This document shows, one piece after another, positions 1-11,448 of a DNA stretch of 64,000 nucleotides. The notes under the pieces were generated by a model that was not told the origin of the DNA, ran no database searches, and was given only the letters and a program-made list of their open reading frames with translations. Position numbers and translations under genes: made by a program. Position 1 is the first letter of the stretch, and every line of letters begins with the position of its first letter. This DNA is from Tubiluchus corallicola (Eukaryota > Animalia > Priapulida): positions 806,001 to 870,000 of the forward strand of contig JAQGDQ010000010.1 in assembly GCA_030141605.1 (NCBI GenBank), written 5' to 3'.

Positions 1-927
1 GCAACAGTATGCATTTAATGTATGAAAAAGAACAAAATTACAACTTCAAATTAAAATCTTTTTTATTTCTTTGAGATTGCTGTGTGAAATCAATGAATAA
101 CGGAAAAAACAGCATTGCCTGCCGCTGACATTTTAGTTGTTGCTATTACCATTGGCACCATTGTTATTGCAGTTGCAGGCATGCACTTGCCATTGCAGTT
201 CGTGGTCTTGCAATGGTTCGATAATCATTGCAATTGCTGGCATTGTTATTGCAGTTAGTTAATTGCCATTACCGCTACCGCCATTGCTGTTACCACCATT
301 ATCATTGCAGCTGCCAGCACTGCTATTTCCACTGTCATTGTAGTTACTTGTCACTGCTGTTGCTACGGCCGCCGTTGTCGTTGTCACTGTCGTGCCAATA
401 TTGTTACTGCAGTTGCTGCCGTTGCCGTTGACGCCATTGTTATTACAGTTGCCGGCATTGCTATAATAGTTGCTGCCACAGTCGTTGAAACCTTAGGTGC
501 TCTTGGTGTTGCTGCCACTAGTGTGCCGTTCGTTTTGTTCACTATATACATGTGCACACATGTTTGTGTACGTGTGAGGGTGCGCACATGTAAGTGCATG
601 CAACACATTTCATGCTGAATTTTACTAATTTGTGTATAATTCTACATTGCACACCAGTTAGTGTACATCATGAGTGAAGCCAATTTTAGGCCTATGGCTA
701 CATATAATGCCCAAGGTTCCCTTAATGGCACAACTAAATATAATGAGAAATTTCAACTAATTAAAATTTGTCTATTTAAAAGATTGCATACTATAATAAC
801 TAAGAGATGTATTGACATTTCTCACATGCTACTCTAAAAATGACTGATGCATGTCTTACGATTTTTATAAAATTTTAGATAGCCACTAACATTTCGGAAA
901 CTTTAGGAATTCCAGCTTATTTGATAT

Positions 928-991
928 TGACTGACAGACTGACTGACTGACTGACTGACTGACTGACTGACTGACTGACTGACTGACTGAC
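928..991. repeat. (GACT)n microsatellite
   Basis: Direct reading. Confidence 0.95.
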
Positions 992-1469
992 TGGCTAGCT
1001 GGTTAACAGTCTGCTCGACTAAATTACTGGCTGGCTGATTCAGTAATAAGTAGACTTCAGTGCTAGGGAATAGTCTCTCAGTCTCTCAGTGTACGCAAAT
1101 GGTAGATTAATCAGGCTTGTTGCCTAGAACTATGCACTCTATATTCAAGATTCCATTTGTCGCCTTTAATTTAATTTATTGTAGTTCCTCACTCCTACAT
1201 TACGTTATTGACTCCAGCTTTATCTGCAGCACTGAAGCAGCCATGAATTTCAAACAGTTTTTACCCTTTGTTAAAGCGTAGAATATTTTCAGTTCTGTTC
1301 TGTTTACGCACACAAAGAGATTAAGCAATTGCTCTAATCCTCCTGAAAGTCACTTTTACAAAATGTTGTCGACAGAAACCTTTTAGGCATTTGCATTTTT
1401 CCATCTGAAGTCTAGTCTGGCTTAGGCGCCGTTTGTTTTACTTGATGCTGGTAGCCATTTTAAAATTAA

Positions 1470-1973
1470 AGTTGCAGCAAGGAGTACTTTAGTTTGATCG
1501 GTTATTGACAAAATGTGCGTTTGTTTTCGAAGAAACTTTGTAAAACGCAGCAATGATGCTTACTTTTTTATAAACCCACTTATTCATAATCCCAATATTA
1601 GCTTGATTTTGCCAGTACACGAAACTGTTCAGTGTGTAGGCTTTTGGCACAGAGAAATAAGGCTCCCAATGCTTTGCCCCTCCATAAAGAACGATTTTTT
1701 TCTATTTCCTACTAGTCTTCATTGAAATCTAATCTTTTGGTCACTTGCCCGTATTGACAACTTATGTTTGAAATTATGCTAAATTTCACCAAAAATCACC
1801 AAATTAGCTTGAATTATTATTTGTTAGTCCGCCGGAAGATAATTTTCCAAATAAGAACGCCCTTAGGGTCTTCATCATCAATATATGTGTTTGTTTGCAT
1901 TTAAAAAAATAAGCCGAATCTATAAAACGTGTGGTTGTGATTTAATATAAATTAGTGTTTTCGTGGTGCACCT
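1470..1973. mobile_element. Possible degenerate Kolobok-like MITE
   Basis: ttaa|AGTTGCAGCAAG on the left versus CGTGGTGCACCT|tttc on the right (imperfect TIR). Confidence 0.3.
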
Positions 1974-2307
1974 TTTCACTTAAGAATAAGCACACCAATA
2001 GCTGACAAGTGTCTTGCCACCAAGTCAGTGTCTTTAAGAAGTTTGAATTCACCTGTGGCGTTTGGGAACTTATTCTGTCCTTTTAGTTAATAGGGCCAAG
2101 TAGTGAATTATTGCCAACGCCAAGTGGTCTGGCATATGGTCTGGCTTTCTTTTTGTTAGAGTCTGTGCTTTTTGTTAAAATATTACTGCTCAAACAGGGC
2201 ACGAACGCAGTTCCCTTAAATGATTACTACAACTTTTTTTCTAACAACCACGTTAAATTGTGCTTATTATTATATATGATCCGTTATACCACTTTCTTAT
2301 ATTTTAG

Positions 2308-5300
2308 CTGATTTGTCCAGAGAACAAGCTATTGTCACAAACACCAAACTATGGCAGGGCAAGACTATGGTTGACGATTTATACAAAGCTCTTCGGATAT
2401 CGACGTTAAATCTTCGAGAAAATTATAAGCAGTCAAAAACCTCCTACAATCTGTTCTTGCGATACCTTCAAATGAAAAGAGCAATTAAAGAGGTAGGCAA
2501 TCACATTTTTCAGCTTACAAACTGAAGAGGTAGAATGGTCTAAAATTTTGAATTAATTGTTAGCTCTGTGGTGTGCGCGCATGGCTATTTAGAGAAACGT
2601 TAGATAAAACACGTTGCAGAGAGTTTGCCTAGCCATTGCTCTGAGAACCTCATTGCTCTTATGAATTCAGAAAATTTCACAAGGGCGTCTAATATAAGCT
2701 AAACACTAATGTTACTGTTTGAAACAACAATTTCGTTCCCCGTCACATATTTTTGCACATCTCGAAAAGTTATGCATCCCATGAAAAAAGCCGGAGCGCG
2801 TTTTAGCCATCGATGCACTGATGTCTACAGCAAAGAAGTTGTCAGGTAACAGTTGCCCCCGCAAACTGTGCAGGGTATTAAAATACCCATTATGGTCGAT
2901 TTTAATCTTTCACTTTGGTCGTAAGTTAAACTAGATGTCCAGTGAGAGTGAATGTGCATAAATAATACTGACAATCTTTATGAAGTTATGATGTGTAAAG
3001 GAAATTTAACGCAGTCAGTAGCCTTCGCTTATATTAAATAGTGTCACTCAATTTTTTATACAGTATGGCGAACTGCAAGCTTTCAATGACAAAGTTTGCA
3101 AGTTTACTAGTAATATTAAACAATTGCAGAGGACCGGAACTTCCTGCAATTTCCTTTATGAAATACTGACCCAGTAGTGGTGACCTAGCATACAGATCTC
3201 CGTCACGTATCCATTTATCATTCAGGCCGGGCGGTGCTTAACTCTGCATCAACGGGGACCACCGTGCTGGTTTGTTAAACAGTTGTAGCTTGCACGCGTC
3301 TACGTATCGAGGTGTGCATGCATGCATATGTTCAATCCAACGCTAATTGCTATTGCCTGCTGCACGTGGAATAAGTAAATTTGATTAATGGATAGGGTGC
3401 CGACTAGTGTATCGATCACCATAACAGTCGAACTAATTAACTTGCCGATATTGCTCTAAGTTAGCTAATATCAGTCCTTTGCAAAGTGATATCGTAAACA
3501 TCTCTCGTTCTCTTATTATAATCTAACACGAATAATTTGCAGTCCGTGGAAGGACGCATATAAGTCTTGCTATATTCTCAAACAGTTTTTTTTATTGCGC
3601 CCCAATTAACAGGAGAAAACTTAGGGTGTTGTGAGATAAAAAATTCTACACTTGTAGTGGATTATATATGTAAATCTCTGAAAAAGAATATTTCAGATGA
3701 AAAAGAAGATCGAGTCTGGTACGTATTCTTTTGAATGCATCAATTGAAATAAACAAAAGCGTAGACTGTGGTGTCATATGGGTCATGTAGTTTTACTTAA
3801 TGCGTACAAGAACTTAACACTTTGCAGAGCGGGCATTTTGTATAAACGTTTAACGTATATCATTAAGCAAGTTCTTGCTATCCATCACAGTAAGTAGCTA
3901 TGATGATTTTATAGAAAATTCTTATCATTCCTTTTTCGAAAGCGTAAAATATGGTAGATTCAGAGCAGTATTATTAGACGAACTATTCAACCACGAGATT
4001 GTAAAGTGCGAATCTTTATAAAATTATAATCTTGCAGTTCTGTAATACATAAAAGTATTTGAAAAATTCAAAACTGGTCATCAATCTTGCTATATTCTAT
4101 GCAGTTAGTAAAAGCAGTTTAGTAAATCAACCCCAAACTGTACATTACAATAGAAATTTACTATTAGGTGACCAATCAGCATCTTACTATTACTGTTGCT
4201 ATTTAAATGTTGTTTTTACGAATTAACATGCAATCTGTTCATGTATAGAAGCTTAATACGTTATCTGCAAATTGTACTTGAGCCAATTATTTGATCTAAT
4301 GAAATGTTAGGTTTGTTTTGATGCCCATTACTCTTTTATTAGCACCTTCAACCTAGCACTTATACCGTGAAGATAAGTTTATCAGATGTAACTCCACTTT
4401 GAATAAACAAAATTTAAAACTAAACTAAACTAATGTGAAAAACGGAAAGGAAACAATGAACCGTGTACGTTGGATATGGAGATGGATAAATTAAAAAATT
4501 AAAAATATAAGTTTTTACCACACTAGCTGCAGATATAAATTTTTTTATTGAAAGCCTTAAAGATAAAAACAGGTGGTTAAAACGAATCGATCTTCGTATT
4601 TTTTCACCGTTGTTTGCAACGAGACAAATCGTGGCAAGAGAATCTTGGATGGTGATAAAAACCAAAGATCAATTCATCATAACAGAGTGTTTTCCATTTT
4701 TAATAAAAAAATTTAGATTAGCAACTATTGTGTTGAAAAATTATATTTCTAATTATGAAAACTGTGGTGTCTTTCCGAAAAACACACACTTTAATTTAAA
4801 AACGTTTTATTTGTTGCTGCTGTAAATGTTACAGTATTGCTCATAACACCTGTTATTGTTTCAGCCGTCAAGGTTGTTATTACAAAACCACTGGTTAAGA
4901 TTGATCGATTACTTTATGATTATTATTGCAGTTACTTAGCGTTGACGAAACAATCATGTCACACACCAAAGCTGCCCTGCCTGAACAGAAAGAAGGAGAG
5001 CCAACTCTAGATTACACATTCCGCCTCCTGACCGCCATGGAAAGGGGAGGACACCGATTGGCAGATGCCAGAGCGCAAAATGAGGAGCGATATAAAGGTG
5101 AGGTGTAGACAGAGTGTTGCTAAATGCATTCTTAGTCAGAAATGATACTTGAAGAGGAAATGCTTCTAGAGTTGTACGGAAAACATTCCATTTGTCATAA
5201 AGAGAAAAGAATGGGGAGGAAAAAGGATGGATGGGGTGGTTGGTTTTAGTTTGTAAGGGGTCCTACATTCAACGGGTCTTCAGACGGTACAGTTGCAGCG

Positions 5301-8056
5301 TTGGTAGTATGAGACCGCAATTAAGTGTTGGGTAAGATATTACCGTTTCAATGCTTTATTTCTATGCGACCTGCAGGAGTACTTCTTTTCAAGATGGAAG
5401 AAATACATCATAACCTAAGCACATAAGTTAATTAGTTAATTGCAGCATTATAACACACATGGTGCGATAGCTACAATGAATTGCTGGCGAACATTCATAT
5501 ATATATATGTTCATGTAACTATTGAAATGTTTTCTGTTACATTTGCCTCGATACTAATATCTCATCGTCAAAACCGCCTCAAGTGTTCGCTGCTGACAAT
5601 ATCTACTACTTATGCGAAGTGATTGAGTAATACGGCAAATCTTTTCTCAATGCGCAACGTGAAGCTGTAGTCATTATTCTGTCACCAGAGAACTGGGCCA
5701 CCCTGGACCTGAGTAGCAACGGAGTGTCTTCATGTTTAGTTTGCATTTCTGTTGTCTCTAGGGAGCAAAATTTGATTCAGCCGGCTGCAGTGTTTGCTTA
5801 GTGTGTAACGTGGCTTCAACAAAGTTCATAGTAGTGGTTTCCTTTCTACCTAGCTTCGCAATGGCGGTTCTGTTTTGAAATCCAAAGCATACGGCTTATT
5901 TAAGAGTTTCCCTTAGGAAGTGAAAAAAAACATTAGCACCTTATAAGATGCCTGCAAAGAACCTTTTAGCGCTCTGAAACATTAACAAGTTTTATCAGCC
6001 AATAAAATTGCGTGTTATATTCATCTTTTGTTTTCCTACTTTTGTAACCATATTGTAGGCGTCAACTTTTGTCGTTGTTTATTTAGACTAAAATTTAAAA
6101 TAAGAACGGATTTCTTCCTGTTAATACAAATGACGCGTAGATCAATGGGTTTGCGCATAGCGGTTGAAACGACGATTTTGTCAACAAATCGGTAGTTTAG
6201 CTTATAAAAATCTCACATGGGTAAGCCCGTTCGACGATTGAAAATTTAGCTGTCGCCTAAAAAAGCTTTCCGACTCCTTTAAAGAAAATAACAATATATT
6301 TAGCATGATGCGTTTTTTATACTGATATCACTTAAATCTGAAAAGAACTATAACAAAGAAATTTGCATGAGAATTCCTATAAACCACATAGTTAGTTTAT
6401 ACTATCGCTGTGTAGACTTTTTTCGGCGTGGTGGTAGCCGATATTCACTTGAAAGTTGTGACGTAACTGGTGGAGATCGCGAATTTCTGCAGGTGCATTG
6501 TAGCTTCCCATCGCAAAGTTTGTCACCTAATTTCTTCTGAAAACTCATACCTATGACGGAAATGATAGTGCGCTGGTTTTTAATAGATGAACAACTTCAT
6601 TAGTGGAAAAATGGGAGCGGTCAAAGCGTGAAATGATCGCGAGTTTAAAATGATCTTGCAAATTATACGAAGCGCTTATCACAGTTTTATTACTGAATCC
6701 TTCTAACACTTTTCGCAAACATTAAAATAAGCCTAACTTCCCACACCAGTTCCCAAAAGGCTTGGCCTTTCCTTTAAAGTATGTTCTATAAAAAATTAAA
6801 TCAACGTGAAAACTTCAGGCTCTCCTGTCGTTGAAAAACACTTAAATGTATATGTATGAACGTCCTTGGTAAAGAAACAGGTAGCGTTTGTACTCAGTTT
6901 TGTTATTGAAGAACATTATTAAACAACTTTGTTGAATAATTCAAGAATTTCAGTTAGGTCTTCTAGCATTGATGTAGGCCTAAGTTTTTAGTGTGTATCT
7001 CCAACGATGCATTCATTATGAATGTTGTAAATCTCTCCTTGCTTTTTCTCAAAACTTAAATATCATAAACTCCTCGTTTTCATTTAGTCATTTTAATAGT
7101 CATATTTAAACTGAACACTTTGCCCGAGTGTTATTCACATGGCGCTCATTTTCATCAACGTGGGAGCATTCCAGCTACATTATTTCTAGCTAGGCTTCAG
7201 AGCGCGATACATTCAATCTATAAAACTCGTGTTGACACTATACATCACTGAGAATCTGATTTCACGGCAAAGAAAATGGCTTCATTTCCTGTTGGAGTAC
7301 CAGAAGTCGCCATGCTTTGCACAATTTGGTAATATAGTCACAAATTTGTTAACAAGTGAAGCTTTCTACAGGGCTTCAGTTAAGGCCTGCAGTAGCAATA
7401 ACATCATAAACACTTCGAAGAATAAGATCGAGCAAAAGTGATTTCTCTTCAATGCTTAATTGCTGTAGCTGTTTGTAAGCTTCTTTTTATTAGGGAGCAT
7501 GCGCACACTCAATAATCTTCATTGACAATACGTTTGAGCATTGTTTGAGCATTTGTAGGCGACGTTGAAGATTATGCAATATATTGCGCAATACAATATT
7601 TTATTCATATGGTGACGTATATAATACGCGATGGATCTCTTCTAATAAAAAATAAGCATGACAAATTCCTTCAGAAGTAATTAAAATAAAAGTAAGAGAG
7701 AATTTGACATTACTTGCTATGCAAGGAAATTACAACAGTAAATAAATAATAATAGTTTACGACATTCTTTCCGAAGGAACTGAAAACAATAAATTTGTGT
7801 AACATTTATGAATCAATAGGCCTGCATCTAAGACAGCCGTTCTAAAATCATGATATATACGAATGTCATTCCCAACCCGCTGCCCCACGTCTTTCCAAGA
7901 ATGTTCGACTTTTAACTATTGCCCATGTGTTCACTGTTTTTGTTTTGTCAAAATGTTATCCCCGCTTTCCGGGATTGCTTGATTCTGCATTTTTACAGCC
8001 TATATTTATTTGGAGTATCTTTACATGAGGTCGTTTTTTACAAATACATCATCATC

Positions 8057-8093
<37 letters not shown>

Positions 8094-11000
8094 GCAGCAA
8101 CAACAATAACAACAACAACAACAACAACAGCAATAATAATAATAATAGATAATGTTTATGTGTTTTGAAATTGGAGAGAAGTAGATTTTAAAATTTAAAT
8201 GAACTTGTGGCATTCAGTAGTTTGACGTCTTGTAGATTATGCATACTTTGAAAGACCAAAATTCCATTAATTAGAATGGAATTCTCTATTAGCTCAGAAA
8301 ATTTTCACTATGGCCATCCAGGCATTGATATGAATATAATTACTATAGGACATGACTATCACATGTTATGGTTGTCATACACGCATGCGTCGTACGCACG
8401 CCAAGCTTTTCCATTGCTTAAGCAATGAAATATGCAATTTACGACCGTCATTCTAATGTCAAGTTATTATGTTTAAATCTTGCTTTTTGTTTTATTGGTA
8501 CATTAACGGAACACCCTGCAAGTAAAGCGCAAGTTTTCAGCCACGTAGCATTACATACTCGCTGCAAAACATGTTCATTTGGTAAACTTTATGGCTAAGT
8601 TTTAAAATCGAGTAGTTGCTCCGACTCCATAGATTCTGAAAACGGCAACATTTAATAGAATGGGTTTTAAACGTCTTTGATAACATAGGTTATTATGCCA
8701 TACACAGCGTTTGGTACACTACAAATCGGGATACAGCATTTAGTGATACGCCGTAGTCAATATGAGTAATGTGGAAGGGCTGGGAACTAGCTCACTATCA
8801 AAGATAATCTTCTAAAGCCTCTAAGAAACTGACGCACGTTTAAGACACTCTTTTGAGTACGTATAAATGTTGCGTCAACAAAATGAACATGCGAATCAGT
8901 ATGGCGAACGAAGCCAGAGCTACTACTGACCTGGCAGTCACGCGTCCAATAAACTGGCGTTGCTTAATTTCAGTCGAACTTTAATCGCCAGGCACACACC
9001 GTGATTACTCGGCTGTTCCACTCGCACCAAATCACGCATTATTTTTTCGAGATTACTTTATCATGAAGTGATAGAGCTGTAAGCCGATAGAAGCCTGATC
9101 GTTCTTTCAGAAATAAAAAATAGTGTAGCTGCAATTATTGTTGTCTGATTCACAAAATTGCAGCCATGCAAAAATAGCTTGTTTGTTGTTCCCGGTAACT
9201 AACAGCTGTTTTGATGGCGAAAGTTAACGGAATTTTCATTAATTACATTGGCCTACATTATTGCAAATTAAACACGACGCATATAGAAAGTGAATCACTT
9301 TACTGGACTGTATTTCATCCTTCGCTTCGATGTTTAACGAGAGAGAAAAACAGCGTGTACTGGAAAGGAGATATTTTGTATTTGACCCATGTGAAATAAT
9401 TACAAATGCGACAAATGAATTCATAAATAAAGTAGAAAAACGAAGAGTGATATAGCAGCGGTTTTTATCGTTCCATTTCTCAATAAATATGGAAAATCTT
9501 GTTACTAGCAAGCAACAGGCAAACAGATATAGTTGTAAAGAGTGTTAGAAATATTTGCTGAATGAAAGACAATATACGTTAAGTCACAAACATATTTAAC
9601 CCTTCAATTCCTTTTCACTAAAATGGCGTTCTGGCAGTGCCCGACAAATAAAATGTATCAACCTTTTGTGCAACAAAAATCCAGTTGTCATAAATGTGAT
9701 AATTATTATACCTGGACACTTAAATCGTACATCAAGTTCTGGTACCGCTTCCGTGCTCTGTAGGCTTTGTACGTTAAGTATTAGCTACATCTGTTCTCAA
9801 TTAAAATGTATTTCCTGCACATAGAGAAGTACTTTTGATCAATATGGTTTTGCTTATCGCTAATACGAAAATTAGTGTAATTAAGCTTTTTCTATACAAA
9901 ATATCCATTCGTAACATTGATGTTGTATAAACATTAAAAAGCATCTTAATGCACAACACTTATTATTATTAAGTCGTATTACTGCAATGTACATAAAAAT
10001 GTATACTACATGCAGGCGGCTGTATACCAGTCAATCATATTATACAATGTTTGCAATTGGCAATCTGCTATTCCGCAATGAGTAAAATTATATTAACTAT
10101 TAAACTATAGTATCTATTATATTAAAATGTAGTAGTTTCGTGTCTCCCGCCAAAAAATCGATTATGGCAAACCTTAGTTACACAGAGCAAGGTTCATACC
10201 GCGGATTACGACGAATGTAGGAAAGTTTGGTACAAATAAGTTTGGTACAGGTAATTTAGCTACGAGGTAATTTTGGTACAAGGAAAATTTTTGTGCTAGG
10301 AATTTTTGGTACCGGTAATTTTGGTACAGGTAAATTTGGTACTATCATCTAAGGTAGAAGGAATTTTGCTACTAGGAAAATGTAGTACGGGGAATGTTTG
10401 GTACGGGGAAAATATGGTACTAGGATTGTCTAGTACTAAGAAATATTGATACAAGGATGTTTTGAAGCGGAAAATATGGTACGAGGAAAATATGGTACTA
10501 GGAAAGTCTGGTTTATCAAAAAGTTCTTAAAGCATTATACTTTTCGAGTTTTACTCTAATTTGAAAATAACGTTTCTGAAATCAGCTTTGCTGTTTACTG
10601 AATTACCACACTGTTAGAAACAATTAAACAATAAAATAATGCTCAATTGCTTGTTTTTAGCAAGCCACTGCTTACTTGCCTGTCTGTCCATACGCCCGTC
10701 TGTATTTTAATAATGACGATGGCACAGGTACATTAATTTTGATTGCTTTTTAAAGAAGCACTCGGACAAATAAAAGTAAAAATAGTACTGCACTAATAAC
10801 TGCTACTAACATTTTCGCTTTGCCAGTTTGAAAGTTTTGCCAAATTTGAAAAATGAGTATTATTTATTTCCGCTAGCCAAGCCCCGTAAAAACATTTTGC
10901 ATAAAATCGTAACTGCATTTAAATCATTTAAATTATCAAAAGTGCCGCAAATGTGCCACATAGTGTAGTGCCAGCAGTAACCACTGTATTCAGCAGTAAT

Positions 11001-11342
11001 CACTGTCATTTTCGACTTTGCTACAATTGTCATAATCGTTGTCACTGTCAACATCATCATTGGTATCATCTTTGCCATAATTATCACTATTATCATCGTA
11101 ATCATTATTATCATTATCACTATTGTTATCGTTGTCATCATCAGCATTATTGCCATCACTTACTGAAATCATCCACCGTTATTTATTGGCAAACCAGCAA
11201 CAATAGTAACAGTGGTGATGGCGATGATTATTATGATGTTCACTGCTAACAATATTAATAGCAGCAACAACAGTAACAACAGCAACAACAACAACAGCAG
11301 CAGCAGTAACAACAACAATGGCGACGACGACGACGACGACGC

Positions 11343-11378
<36 letters not shown>

Positions 11379-11411
11379 TGATGATGATGATGATGATGAC
11401 GATGATGATGG

Positions 11412-11448
<37 letters not shown>

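Noticed and set aside
120-608. ORFs 228-431 and 384-608 rich in Cys/His or Thr/Ala
   Set aside because: Degenerate triplet low-complexity DNA open in several frames, with no splice context. Similar tracts occur at 36280-36560 and 58560-58700.
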